In this document: in pieces, positions 25,501 through 38,559 of the stretch | Layout: every line of letters starts with the position of its first letter | Position numbering within the stretch: position 1 is the stretch's first letter | Made by a program: the position numbers and the translations under genes | The notes under the pieces: model-generated | The model's input: only the letters and a program-made list of their open reading frames with translations | What the model was told of the DNA's origin: nothing | Database searches by the model: none | Origin: Chiloscyllium plagiosum | Lineage: Eukaryota | Assembly: GCF_004010195.1 (NCBI RefSeq) | Contig: NC_057719.1 | Span: forward strand, 60,592,002-60,656,001 | Direction of reading: 5' to 3' | Length of the DNA stretch: 64,000 nt

Positions 25501-26162
25501 TGTTATTAACCAGACCAAACCCTTTTCAAATATACCAAGGAGATAACCTAGACCCTGACTTTTACTTTACTTAACGGCAAGTGTAAAGAACTGTGTTCTA
25601 GATATAATTTGATTTGTCAGGTTACTCAGCTTTAAGCAAAACACATTTTATTCTTACCTCTGGTTAAAATACAAACAAAAGGAAGAAGAATTGGTATAAC
25701 TTTAACTCTTAATAGAAAACTTAACAGAATAATAGCTTGTTCAACTACTAAATAGCAAGTGTCCCAATGTAGTAACATCGCATAAACACACCCTTGACAA
25801 AGGCAAATTCAGTAAAATATGTTGTCTCACGTGCATCATTTCTCCAGTCAGAAAAAAAGAACACCAAGAGAAAATTCTGGCAGAGAGAGACAACTCAAGA
25901 TTTTTTCTATGGCAGAGAGATGTATATCAGTGTCCAAAAGCAACTTCAAATCCCCAACAACTGAAAACTAAATTAAAACCATGGTTCTTTGAGATCCTGA
26001 CTCCACACATTCTTGCTGTGTCCACTGTTCTAACTTAAAGAAAAAACCCAGAGCCTCACAAGCTATTTAATTTATTGGCTTGGAAGAGACAGCTCTGTAC
26101 TTCTGACTAAAAACCTCTCTTTAAAAAAAGAATATCCCTCTCAAAGCCATAGCATTGTCACA
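25501..26162. mobile_element. Solo LTR (662 bp) with 4-bp TSD
   Basis: tgttatt...gtcaca termini, aact on both sides (25497-25500 and 26163-26166), and it precisely interrupts the CR1 codons DWKT|ANVT. Confidence 0.85.
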
Positions 26163-27628
26163 AACTGCTAATGTGACATCTGCTCAAAATGAGAGGGAAG
26201 CAAAAAGATGTACCTATGGACAATTAGCCTATAACTAGAAAAGTACTGGGATCAATTTTATGAAAGTAACAGCAGAACATTGGTAAAATCATAATCTAAT
26301 CAAGCAGAGTCAGCATGGCTTCATGAAAGGGAAACCGTATCTGACAAATTTGTTAAGAGTTTTTCAAGGAAGTCTTAACTAGAGTGGATAGAGGGGAACC
26401 AGTAGATGTGTTGTATTTGGACTTCCAGAAGACGTATGACAAATACCTCGTATAAGATTAAGTGATAAATTAAGCACCCAGAGTTTGGAGGTCGTTCATT
26501 TTCGTGTACACGTAATTGGTTCATGGGCAGTAAATAGCGAGTGGAGATAAGGTTTTTCAGGCTAGTGACTGTGGCCTGTAGGTTCCACAGGGATCTGTGC
26601 TGGGACTGCAACTGTTTACAATATATATCTATGACTTGGAGGAAAGAAGTAAAGGTACTGCAGCCATGTTAGCAGATGTCACAACAATATGTGGAAAGGC
26701 AAGTTGTGAGAGGGATACAAACAGTTTGCAGAGAGCTATTGAGAGGTTAGGTAAATGGGTAAATGTTGGTAGATGGACTATAGAGTCATAGAGATGTACA
26801 GCACAGAAACAGACCCTTTGGTCCAACTTGCCCATGCTGATCAATCTAGTTCCACCTGCCAGCACTTGACTATTTCCCTCGAAACCCTTCCTATTATTAT
26901 ATCCATCCAGATGCCTTTAAATGCTTTAATTGTACTAGCCTTCACCACTCCTTCTGGCAGCTTATTCTGTATATGCACCACCCTCTGTGTGAAGGAGTTT
27001 GCCCCTCAGGTCTCTTTTATATCTTTACGCTCTCACCCTAAACCTATGCCCTCTAGTTCTGGAATCCCCCACTCCATGGAAAAGACATTGTCTATTTATC
27101 CTATTCATGCCACTCATGATTTTATAAACCTCCATAAGGACAACCCAGGCCTCTGATGTTCCAGGAAAAACAGCCCTAGTCTGTAGCTCAAATTCTCCAA
27201 CCCTGGCATTATCCTTGTATATCTTCCAAGTTTCACAACATCCTTTCGATAGGAAGGAGTCCAGAATTGCAGGCTATATTCCAAAGTGGCCTAACCAATG
27301 TCCTGTACAGCCATAATATAACCTCCCAACTCCTATACTCAATGCTTTGACCAAAAAAGGAAAGCATATCAAATGCCTTCTTCACTATCCTATCTACCTG
27401 CAACTCTACTTTGAAGGAACTATGAATCTGCACTCCATGGTCTCTTTGTTCAGCAACACTCCCCAGGACCTGATGAATAACTGTATAACTCCTGCTCTGA
27501 TTCGCTTTTCCAAAATGCAGCACCTCGCATTTATCTAAATTAAACTCTATCTCCACTCCTCAGCCCACTGGCCCATCTGATCAAGATCCCATTGTACTCT
27601 GAGGTAACCTTCTTCGCTGTCCACTACA

Positions 27629-28740
27629 GATTGGAGGCCTGTGACCAGTGGAGTGCCACAAGGATTGGTGCTGGGCCCTCTACTTTTTGACATTTACATA
27701 AATGAGTTGGATGCGAGCATAAGAGGTACAGTTAGTAAGTTTTCAGATGACACCAAAATTGGAGGTGTAGTGGACAGCGAAGAGGGTTACCTCAGATTGC
27801 AACAGGATCTGGACCAGATAGGCCAATGGGCTGAGAAGTGGCAGATGGAATTTAATTCAGATAAATGCGAGGTGCTGCATTTTGGGAGAGCAAATCTTAG
27901 CAGGACTTATACACTTAATGGTCCTAGTGGGTATTGCTGAACAAAGAGACCTTGGAGTGCAGGTTCATAGCTCCTTGAAAGTGGAGTCGCAGGTAGATAG
28001 GATAGTGAAGAAGGCGTTTGGTATGCTTTCNNNNNNNNNNNNNNNNNNNNNNNNNNNNNNNNNNNNNNNNNNNNNNNNNNNNNNNNNNNNNNNNNNNNNN
28101 NNNNNNNNNNNNNNNNNNNNNNNNNNNNNNNNNNNNNNNNNNNNNNNNNNNNNNNNNNNNNNNNNNNNNNNNNNNNNNNNNNNNNNNNNNNNNNNNNNNN
28201 NNNNNNNNNNNNNNNNNNNNNNNNNNNNNNNNNNNNNNNNNNNNNNNNNNNNNNNNNNNNNNNNNNNNNNNNNNNNNNNNNNNNNNNNNNNNNNNNNNNN
28301 NNNNNNNNNNNNNNNNNNNAACAGGCTGGGGCTGTTTTCCCTGGAGCGTTGGAGGCTGATGGGTGACCTTATAGAGGTTTACAAAATTATGAGGGGCATG
28401 GATAGGATAAATAGACAAAGTTTTTTGCCTGGGGTCGGGGAGTCCAGAACTAGAGGGCATAGGTTTAGGATGAGAGGGGAAAGATATAAAAGAGACCTAA
28501 GGGGCAACTTTTTCACACAGAGGGTAGTACATGTATGGAATGAGCTGCCAGAGGATGTGGTGGAGGCTGGTACAATTGCAACATTTAAGAGGCATTTGGA
28601 TGTGTACATGAATAGGAAGAGTTTGGAGGGATATGGGCCGGGTGCTGGCAGGTGGGACTAGATTATGTTGGGATATCTGGTCGGCATGGACGGGTTGGAC
28701 CAAAGGGTCTGTTTCCATGCTGTACATCTCTATGACTCTA
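27629..28740 (+). mobile_element. Younger CR1 3' fragment spanning a gap
   Basis: SGVPQGLVLGPLLFDIYINELD...KFSDDTKIGG; ctatgactcta tail; ctaca on both sides. Confidence 0.92.
28031..28319. other. Assembly gap
   Basis: Run of N. Confidence 1.
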
Positions 28741-29629
28741 CACCTCCAATTTTGACTACGATATGGGAAAATTCATTTGTTCATTTTAGAATGGAGAAAA
28801 GCTGCAGAAAGTTTCAACAGAAAAGGGATTTAAAGGTATTTGTATATGAAACACAGAAAGCTTGCACACAGGTACACCAGGTAATCAGAAAGATTAATGA
28901 AATGTTGGCCCTTATTTCAAGGGGTTTGGAGTAGAAGTGTAAGGAAGTCATACTGCAACATACGAGGTGCTGGTAAGACTACATTTGGAATACTGTGAGC
29001 AGTTTTGCCCTCCTTATTTAAGGAAAGATTTCATTGGAGGCAGTTCAGAGAAGGTTCACGAGGATGATGATCCCTGGTATCGAGGGATTATCTTATGAGC
29101 AAAAGCTAAACAGATTGGGAACTCTACTCACTGTAGTTTAGAAGGAAGAGGTGTGAACTCATTGCAACATATAGGATTCTTAAGGGGCTTGACAGGGTAA
29201 ATGCTAAGAGGATGGTTCCTCTCATGGAAGAGTCTAGAACCAGAGGCCTAGTCTCAGAATAAAAGGGTGCCAATTTAAGACTGAGCTGAGGTGGTTTCTT
29301 CTGTCAAAGGGTGGTGAATCTTTGGAACTCCTTGCCACAGAGGGGAGGCAGTATTCTGTCATAAGCTTGTTGGAAAGATTTATAGGTTGATAATCATCTG
29401 TTTGGTCACTTTATGAATGCACCTTCTGTGGCAATCAAGTCCTGAGGTGGGACTTGAACCTGGAGTTTCTGGTTCAGAGGTAGGATCCTAACCACTGCAC
29501 CATAAGTCCTCCCTCATGAAACAATACAGATTTGGTTCATTCCAGAATATATTGTTCTCAGAAATTATAGTAAGTACATTCCAGGAACTCATTGTTAAGG
29601 CTCATTCCTCCAATTTTATCTGTCTAATA

Positions 29630-30285
29630 TTAACATAAGAAAGAGGAGCAGGACTAGGCCATCTGGCCCTTCGAGCACCCTCTACCATTCTATAAGATCA
29701 TGGCTGATCTTTTAGCTCCACTTACCCACCCACTCACCATAACAGTTAATTCCTTTACTGTTCAAAAAATTATTTATCTTAGCTTTGAAAGCATTTATTG
29801 AGGAAGCCTCAACTATTTCACTGGGCATGGAATTCCACAGATTCACAACCCTCTCAATTTGGTTCGAAATCTGGTCCTGCTAATTTTGAGGCTATACCCT
29901 CTTGTTCTCGTTTGATCCACCAGTGGAAACATCCTCTCTATTTTTATCTTATCTATTCCCTTCATAATTTTATATGGTTCTCTAATATCTTACCTCATTC
30001 TTCTAAATTTCAATTAACATAATCCCAGTCTATTCAGTCACTCCTGATAAACCAACACCCTCAACTCAGGAATCAATCTGGTGAACCTCCTCTGCTCCCC
30101 CTCTAGTGCCAGTATACCCTCTTCCAAGTAAGGAGACCAAAACTTCATGCAGTACTCCAGGTGTGACCTCACCAGCACCTTATACAGCTGCAACACAATC
30201 TCCCTGTTTCTAAACTCAATCAATGAAGGAGAAAATTCCATTCGTGTTCTTAATTACCCATTGCACCTGCAGACCAACATGAAAT
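29630..30285 (-). mobile_element. CR1 3' fragment
   Basis: ORF 30038..30241(-) reads LQLYKVLVRSHLEYCMKFWSPYL. Confidence 0.88.
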
Positions 30286-30619
30286 TTTGGACCTAAATGA
30301 AGATAAAAGTCAAGCATGATTTTTTCATTTTTCTTCTAACAAACTCAAACTCTCTCGATGTATATTCTATCCACCAGAATAACTACTGCTATGGTTATAA
30401 ACTTCTCCCACCTTTAACTTCTTTCCTTTGTTTTTTCTTATTTCCACATATACTGATCTACATCTCAATCTTCCCAGTAAAGATCATTTCACACTATTGT
30501 TCAACAGTTATTTCATTGTTTATTCACATCCTTGTCCTTTCTCCCCATCTCTCTAAAATGTCAAACACCTTTCAATATTCAATTCCTAAATTTGGTTACC
30601 TTGCAACCACATCCTTATA

Positions 30620-30845
30620 ATATGATGTGGAGGAGCCGGTTTTGGACTGGAGTGGACAAAATTAAAAATGACACAACACCAGGTCCAACAGGTTTATTTG
30701 GAAGCACTAGCTTTTGGAACGCCACTCCTTCTTCAGGTGTTTGTGGAGTAGGGCCATAAAACACAGAATTTATAGCAAACGAATACAGTCTCATGCAAGT
30801 AAAATGATATATTTAACAACAACCAAGGTTTGTTAAACAAACCTG
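30620..30845 (-). repeat. Terminal repeat of another PLE family with a degenerate hammerhead-like core
   Basis: Minus strand reads cacCTGAAGAaggagtggcgttccAAAAgctagtgcttccaaataaacctgttgg. Confidence 0.55.
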
Positions 30846-32199
30846 TTACTGTTTTACTACTGCAAAATTTATTTGCAGTAGCACTCTTGTGATCAGAACA
30901 TAGGACCTATTATCTTTGGGATTCTGGCTTTTAATTTAATCCTTCTCTGCTCATTCTCTCTCAATGGAATCTCACACTCAGTTCCATCTCACCCATTTGT
31001 AGCCATATGAGCTGTGTCAACTGGATGATTCTCTTCAACTTCAAGTTTCTCACCAGGCCCAAGAGAATGTCCTCAATGCATGCATCCAACAAGTAACACA
31101 ACCTTCAAGACACAGGTTATCAGCCGCAAAGAACAGTCTACCATCCTAATTACACCTTTCTACATTCTTTTTTAACTCTCCCCACCTATTTGAATGACCC
31201 CTTGTACTATGGTGCTCTTCCTCCCTTCTGTCACCCACACAAGCTATAAGATCCTCAAAACTCTGGACAAGTGTAAGGACTGAGGTTCCTCCAGGATTCT
31301 TTCTGAATCACCATACCACATCACTTGTCATCACATCCTTCTGCCTCTGACCGTTCTCAGAGGCAATTATGAATTGCTCAACCTGAGAGGTATTACAGAC
31401 TTTGGGTAAAAAAAATCTAACTATGTTTCTCCTTCCTTGCCACATCACAGTGTCTGAAGCATGGACTCCAGCTCATCAGCTCTGACAAAATTCTTCAAAC
31501 TTCTTGCACATGTTGCTGGTATATTACACAGGTGGCCATAAATTTTAGATATTTTCTAATTAACTAGTTCAGATATGCTATTACACGCAGAAGGAGCAGA
31601 TGGGACTTGAATCCATGCCTTCTGGCTCAAAGGTAGAGAGGAAGAGACACTACTACTGGACGTCAAGACCCAACATCAATTTTTACATTATATACTTCTA
31701 ACATACATCACCTGCTATGCCATCTCAAATACATTTTCCTTAACTATTTGGGGCTTCAAGTTTAGAATTATCACTGAATGATTTGCAGTTATATCAATTA
31801 TTGTAACTAGTTTAACTGTTAGTTTAATATAGAATTCTATCTTCTCAGTACTAGATTACATGACGGTCCTAGTTTAAAACTAGGAACATTTAAAAATGAT
31901 CTAACAAATTGCTTACTTGCCTTGACAATTTTGCCTTTGTTTTTCAGTTCTTACGTTTCACATTTTCTCTCCCTTTCACATATCATTCACTGTTCTGTAA
32001 AAGATTAGAACACCAGAACTTTCCTCATTATCCCAAATTCCCTCCCTCATCAAATTAATGAAGTAGGAAGGCTATTGTGTGACTAGATTAAGGACAGAAA
32101 GTAGTGAGACATGGTAAATGGCTGTATTTTAGACTGGAGGATGGTAGACAGTTCCCCAAGTGACTAGTGCTAGCATTATTGCTTTTATTTGTATACATA

Positions 32200-32672
32200 T
32201 AACATGGAACTATACAGTGCAGAACAGGCCCTTTGGCCCTCGATGTTGCACTGACCTGTGAACTATTCTCAGCTCGTCCCCCTACACTATCCTATCATCA
32301 TCCATGTGCTTATCCAAGGATTGTTTAAACCTCCCTAATGTGGCTGAGTTAACTACATTGGCAGGTAGGACATTCCACACTTACCACTCTCTGAGTAAAG
32401 AACCTGTCTCTGAATCTGTCTTAAATCTGTCACCCCTCAATTTGTAGTTATGCCCCCTTGTACAAGCTGACGTCATCATCCTAGGAAAAAGACTTTCACT
32501 GTCTACCTTGTCTAATCCTCTGATCATCTTGTTAATCCTCTCTTAGTCTTCTTCCTTCCACTGAGAACAGCACCAAGTGTATCAGCCTTTCCTCATAAGA
32601 CATTCCCTCTAGATCAGGCAACATCCTGGTAAATCTCCTCTGCATCTTTTCCAATGCTTCCACATCCTTCCT
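32200..32672 (-). mobile_element. CR1 3' fragment
   Basis: RKDVEALEKMQRRFTRMLPDLEGMSYEERL; the same subfamily tail recurs at 61371-61504. Confidence 0.9.
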
Positions 32673-33150
32673 GAGGAGGGCTTGGAGACCCTGGTCATGG
32701 CGGATGGAGGTGCAGAGTGATTGGATATCCATGGTGAAGATGAGGCGTTGGAGGCCGGGGAAACGGAAGTCTTGGAGGAGGTAGAGGGCATGGGTGGTGT
32801 CTCGAATGTATGTGGGGAGTTCCTGGACTAGGGGGGATAGGACAGTGTCGAGGTAGGTAGAGATGAGTTCAGTGGGGCAGGAGCATGCTGAAACAATGGG
32901 TCGGCCAGGGGTGGTCAGGCTTGTGGATCTTGGAAGGAGATAGAACTGGGCAGTGCGGGGTTCCCAGACTATGAAGTTGGAAGCTGTGGGTGGGAGATCT
33001 CCTAAGGTGATGAGGTTCTGTATGGTCTGGGAGATGATGGTTTGGTGATGGGGGGTGGGGTCAGCAGTAGGAAGAGGTGTCCTCGAGTTGGCATTTGGCT
33101 TCAGCGATGTAGAGGTCAGTGCGCCAGACTACCACTGCGCCCCCTTTGTC
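32673..33150 (-). mobile_element. PLE RT fragment
   Basis: 32982-33146 matches window positions 4-178; it encodes DKGGAVVVW and IFTMDIQSLCTSIRHDQGL (the PLE MDVxSLYTNI motif). Confidence 0.9.
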
Positions 33151-33415
33151 CACCCTACCCTATTACTCTACATTTACCCCTGACTAATGCGCCTAACCTA
33201 CACATCCCTGATCACTATGGGCAATTTAGCATGGCCAATTCACCTAACCTGCACATCATTTGGATTGTGGGAGGAAATCAGAGCACTCGGAGGAAACCCA
33301 CGCAGGTGTGGGGGAGAACGTGCAAACTCCACACAGACAGTCACCCAAGGTGGGATTTGAACCCAGGTGCCTGGCGCTGAGGCAGCAGATCCAACCACTG
33401 AGCCACTGTGTAACC
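33151..33415 (-). mobile_element. HE1-type V-SINE lacking its 3' tail
   Basis: Head gtggctcagtggttggatctgctgcctcagcgccagg...gggttcaaatccc followed by the V-domain. Confidence 0.88.
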
Positions 33416-34329
33416 CCTATTAATCGAGCATCCACTTGACATGCTATATAAACTAGTTTCCCTTTCTTCAAGTGTGTTTCTTGGGATGATGAGACAAGAT
33501 AAAAATCTTGACTTCTTGTCTCTTTCAGCAATATTTAAATTCTCGACTAACAAGTAGTTATGGGGTTAATTGTATATTCCAAAGTTTACTTTGAAATTAT
33601 TTTAATGTTACAATTCCTAAATAAGCAAGAACAAAGTTCGAATGTTTTATATTACCTTAATCTGTAGATTAGATTATTGATGGACCATTATTATTTGTGA
33701 GTTGTACTTTTCAGTTTAAATGCTGATCAAGTATAAAATTTAATGATATGCACTTAAGTTAAGCATATGAACAATTTGTGGCAGACTTTTTAAAAAACTA
33801 ATACTTCATTTTGCTTGTTGACAATTCCAATATACTGTATAATACCAATAGAAGTCATTATAGAAGGCAATAATGTGTTTCAGTGAGCATGCGCAGCAAA
33901 CTGAAAAATATCCCAAAGCACTTCTCAGTGGCTCAACCTACTGAAAAAAAGCAGGTATTTGGTGATCAAAAGCATGGCCAAATGTATAGGCTTTAACAAG
34001 CTGGGTAGTTGCTTCTGGAAACCTATTTAAAGGTGATTGTTGTATCACCCAGCATTGTTCTAAGTTTCCTGGGACTACAAACCTCTGTGAGAGCATTATT
34101 TTCCTGTTCATGGACAAGTTACATTTCAAAAGTCAACTTTCACAAAGTTAAGGGCAATTTGTTGATTTCAGTGTTTAATATTACACATTACTGTGTTGTG
34201 GTAGTACATGCACCTTAGAGGAACATTGTGGTCCTCAGGTGTTCCTATTCTCCTTCTTCGCTCAGGACCCATTCAACCTCCATTTCTCACCGGACTCAAA
34301 AATCCATCTATCCTCTATCAGGCCATGTT

Positions 34330-34952
34330 GCATTCTCAATGCTCTCTCCCCATACCCATGTACACCTTTTAGTGTCTAGAGATCTATCTAAATCTTTCTT
34401 AATTGTTTTCAGTGATTCACTTTCCATAGCTTTATGCAATAGAGAATTCTACTTATTTGCCAATCTCTGAGTAAAAAAATTCCTTATCCTGATATTGTAG
34501 GCATCCTTATGTTGTAGTCATCCCAGCCAGGGGATACATCATCCCTGCACCCAATCCGACCAACCCTGTCAGTATGTTATACATGAGATCCCCTCTCATT
34601 CTTCTAAACTCCAATGTATACAACTCTAGTTGATTTAAGTCTGTCCTCATATGAAAATTCTGCCTTCCCAGGAATCATCTGGTGAAACCTTGCTATATTG
34701 CCCATTTGGTAATTATATTCTTTCTTAGGTATGGAAACTAAAACCGTGCACAATGTGTATCCTCATCAAGGCCCTGTACAGCTTCAGTAAGACTTCCTTG
34801 TTCCTGTACTCAAACCATTTTGCAAGAAAAACCAATATACTATTTGCCTTCCTAAGAGTTTGCTGCATCTTTACACTTACTTTTAGTCACTGGTGTACAA
34901 GGGCACCCAGCTTTCTTTGAACATCAACATTTCCCAGTTAATTGCTATTTAA
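34330..34952 (-). mobile_element. Old CR1 fragment
   Basis: gagatcccctctcattcttctaaactcc and ccctgtacagcttcagtaagacttcc are reverse complements of CR1 ORF2 3' motifs. Confidence 0.7.
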
Positions 34953-35680
34953 NNNNNNNNNNNNNNNNNNNNNNNNNNNNNNNNNNNNNNNNNNNNNNNN
35001 NNNNNNNNNNNNNNNNNNNNNNNNNNNNNNNNNNNNNNNNNNNNNNNNNNNNNNNNNNNNNNNNNNNNNNNNNNNNNNNNNNNNNNNNNNNNNNNNNNNN
35101 NNNNNNNNNNNNNNNNNNNNNNNNNNNNNNNNNNNNNNNNNNNNNNNNNNNNNNNNNNNNNNNNNNNNNNNNNNNNNNNNNNNNNNNNNNNNNNNNNNNN
35201 NNNNNNNNNNNNNNNNNNNNNNNNNNNNNNNNNNNNNNNNNNNNNNNNNNNNNNNNNNNNNNNNNNNNNNNNNNNNNNNNNNNNNNNNNNNNNNNNNNNN
35301 NNNNNNNNNNNNNNNNNNNNNNNNNNNNNNNNNNNNNNNNNNNNNNNNNNNNNNNNNNNNNNNNNNNNNNNNNNNNNNNNNNNNNNNNNNNNNNNNNNNN
35401 NNNNNNNNNNNNNNNNNNNNNNNNNNNNNNNNNNNNNNNNNNNNNNNNNNNNNNNNNNNNNNNNNNNNNNNNNNNNNNNNNNNNNNNNNNNNNNNNNNNN
35501 NNNNNNNNNNNNNNNNNNNNNNNNNNNNNNNNNNNNNNNNNNNNNNNNNNNNNNNNNNNNNNNNNNNNNNNNNNNNNNNNNNNNNNNNNNNNNNNNNNNN
35601 NNNNNNNNNNNNNNNNNNNNNNNNNNNNNNNNNNNNNNNNNNNNNNNNNNNNNNNNNNNNNNNNNNNNNNNNNNNNNNNN
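34953..35680. other. Assembly gap
   Basis: Run of N. Confidence 1.
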
Positions 35681-35846
35681 TAGCTTATCTCTCCACGCTC
35701 CAGGCTCTCTGCCTTTATTCCTGATGAAGGGCTTTTGCCCGAAACGTCGATTTTGCCTGTCCTCAGATGCTGCCTGAATTGCTGTGCTCTTCCAGCACCA
35801 CTGATCCAGAATCTGGTTTCCAGCATCAGCAGTCATTGTTTTTACA
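35681..35846 (+). mobile_element. PLE terminal repeat emerging from the gap
   Basis: Same family as 8199-8297 and 37453-37653. Confidence 0.8.
35715..35752 (+). ncRNA. Minimal hammerhead-ribozyme-like motif of PLE type
   Basis: CTGATGA (35721-35727), A, stem II GGGC-TTTT-GCCC, GAAAC, GTC. Helix III is reduced to the palindrome ACGT and helix I is weak. Confidence 0.6.
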
Positions 35847-37169
35847 TCATTTTACTTTATTTTATTACTAGGTATGACTTCTGAAATTGATGTAGACAAT
35901 GGGGCGACTTATAAAACTTTTCACTGTATTTTTCATGTAAAAGTACACGTTAAATAAATTTCTGAACTACTCGAGTGTTAACAACCATTCCCTTCATGGC
36001 TAACACAATCAAAAACTGTCATAACGTACACAGAATGTTTAAATAGTTACTGAATCTGCCTCCATATTATTAATTCTTCATGAATTATTTTGGAATGCAT
36101 CTGATAAATGATAAAACAAGAAACAAGTTAAATATATTTCTTCAGAACCAGATTTAAGGTATTCGTAAATATTTCTGTTTCAAGTTAATTCTACACTATT
36201 AGGTTAATGGTGGTGGGGTAACAGGGCAAAATTGGACATGGGATGGATGCAAAATGGATTGTACTAAATGCGTATTATAGGCTTCACCCAATATTCATTG
36301 ACATCAACAGAACTGAATTTTAGGTACAATGGGCCAGCAATATGATACTTGCTGTTTTGCATTACCAAAACCGTGATTGTACTGATGTGCGTTAATGTGG
36401 GAGAATATATTAATTTTTGTAATTAATTGAGTTTTAAACATTCTTTTGTTTTGCAGAAACACTTATGGTTTCATTTCCAGAGTCTGGAGACTTTGATAAT
36501 GCTATTCTCCTGTATATATATTAAACATTTACAGGATGTGTAACTTTAATGCCAGCACCATGTTTAAATTTTCATTCCAGCATCCTGGAGTGAAAAAATC
36601 TTAAAGTCCCCCATTTCAACATACAAATGATCCATTCCAAATTCAGTGCTTTCACTTTGACTAATATTTCTTGAAGTCTATTCCATTCACCTCTTCCCTT
36701 TCAACCAATTTGACATGGAGAATTTTTTTTTCAAAAATTAAACACATTGCATCTTATGAATGTTTGGAAGAGCAGTCTGGAATAGTTTTTTTTAAATTGC
36801 TGACAATTATTTTATAATATGTTAATGGAATTTTAAGTCAATAATGTATAATTCATTTGCCAGATGCCATACGGATCTTAAAATATTTGTGTTTCAAAAT
36901 CACAAAGCTGGGATACAAACAGAAAAGAGCATTGACTTCTCAAAGAAATATAATCACAGGTCTTGTTTTACCTTACATCTGTCTTCTAGAACAATAGAAA
37001 TTGTCAGACTTACAGATACCACAGTGGAATTACTGAGTCAAAATTGAGGTAAAGCGATATACCAACTGTGCCAAAGATGTCAGCAGCACCACGCAGACTC
37101 AACATGAGGTGTCATTCTGATGAAGCTACCAAATAGGACTACCCTTGCTCGCTAAACACTATAAGCAGA

Positions 37170-38545
37170 AAATGCGAGATAGTGTTAAGTGACTGGTCCA
37201 GTGTTAAGTGCAGTCCAGTCATACCTAATTGCAAATTGCGATAAGACAACTAAAACTAACTGGAGGAGGCAGTTCCACAATATCCCTATCCTCAATTACA
37301 GAGAAGCCCAGCATATCAGTCCAAAAGATAAGGCTGAAATCGTTTCAAAAATCTTGATCTAGAAGTAGCATCTCAGCTTCCTCTAGAGACGCCCAGTATC
37401 ACAGATGCCAGTCTTCAATCAATTTGATTCATTCCAGATTCTATCAAGATACCAGGTAAAGTGAGGACTGCAGATGCTGGAAACCAGAGTTTAGATTAGA
37501 GTGGTGCTGGTAAAGCACAGCAGGTCAGGCAGCATTCGAGGAGCAGGAAAATCGACGTTCCTGATGAAGGGCTTTTGCCCGAAACATCAATTTTCCTGCT
37601 TCTCAGATGCTGCCTGACTTGCTGTTCTTTTCCAGCACCACTCTGATCTAATCTCTATCAAGATACTGTGGGCCACAATAACATTCCAGCAATAATACTG
37701 AAGGTATATGATCCAGAACTCGCCAAACTGTTCCAGTTCAACTACAACACTGGCATCTACTGGCAATGTTGAATATTGTCCAGGTATATACTGTACGCAA
37801 AAAGCAGGACAAATCCAAACCAGCCAATTAATGCCCCATCGGTTTGCTCTCACCCATCAATAAAGTCATCAACAGTGTTTTCAAGTAGCACTTGTTTAGC
37901 AATATCCTGCTCACAGACACACAGTTTGGGTTCTGCCTGGGCCACTCAGCTCCTGACATCATTATAGTCTTGGTTCAAACAGGGACAAAAGATATGAATT
38001 CAGAGGTGAGATAAGAGTGACATTAAGCTCACATTTGACACTCAGTGTGGTATCAAAGCACACAGCAATTGATGATAAACAGGGCTAAAACTATCCATGA
38101 ACTGAAGTCATATCTGGCACAAAGGAAAATGATTGTGGTATTAGAAGTCAGCATTCTCAACTCTATGACATTCCAGGGATAGTGTACTAAACCCAAGTTC
38201 AGCTGCTTCAAGAATGATGTTTCGTCCATTGTAAGGTCAGAAGTGGGGACGTTCAATGATGATTGCACAATGTTGAATACTATTTGTGATTCCTCAGATA
38301 CTGAAGCAGTTCATGCCCAAGTGCAGCAAGATCACCTAATCTATCACTATCAAAATTTTGGACCAGAAATTGATCTGAACCAGCCATATAAATGCTGAGG
38401 CTACAACATCAGATGAGAGGATAGGAATTTAGGTTTACCTATACCAAATAGACTCAAGAAGCAAATCACCATCCATTTCTTAAAGGCAACTAAGGATTGA
38501 CAATAAATGTTGGTCCAGCCAACAATGCACATATCCCATGAGTGA
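37170..38545 (+). mobile_element. Second CR1/L2-group LINE, decayed
   Basis: gggccacaataacattccagc (GPDNIP-like), ccaattaatgccccatcggtttgctctc (NYRPISLL-like), ttccagggatagtgtact (PQGSVL-like), gatgattgcaca (DD) and the 3' tail. Confidence 0.75.
37453..37653. mobile_element. Palindromic PLE-terminal-repeat insertion with 13-bp TSD
   Basis: Long minus arm plus short plus arm carrying CTGATGAagggcttttgcccGAAAcatc (37561-37588); exact flanks tctatcaagatac at 37440-37452 and 37654-37666. Confidence 0.88.
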
Positions 38546-38559
38546 AGGAAAAGGACAAC

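Larger units (their letters stand above)
26781..28753 (-). mobile_element. CR1 3' fragment nested in the older CR1 and itself split by a plus-strand CR1
   Basis: ORF 27233..27556(-) reads EFNLDKCEVLHFGKANQ. ctgtccactaca (27617-27628) continues as cctccaattttg after 28742; gacta flanks at 26776-26780 and 28754-28758. Confidence 0.85.
25345..29345 (+). mobile_element. Old CR1 LINE hosting a solo LTR and two nested CR1 copies
   Basis: Reads DKSPRPDGLHPRILQEVA, then DWKT|ANVT split by the LTR, then LQLFTIYIYDLEE; it resumes after ~28759 and runs into its 3' region. Confidence 0.85.

Noticed and set aside
34942..35836. Long ORFs of 185-430 aa here and at 3465-4833, 27882-28661 and 45395-45996
   Set aside because: Their length comes from N runs translated as X; the real residues are CR1 fragments or noise.
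36457..36525. Strong acceptor-like sites (36456, 14908, 59336, 62455)
   Set aside because: The frames I checked close before a credible donor; such motifs are common in AT-rich DNA.
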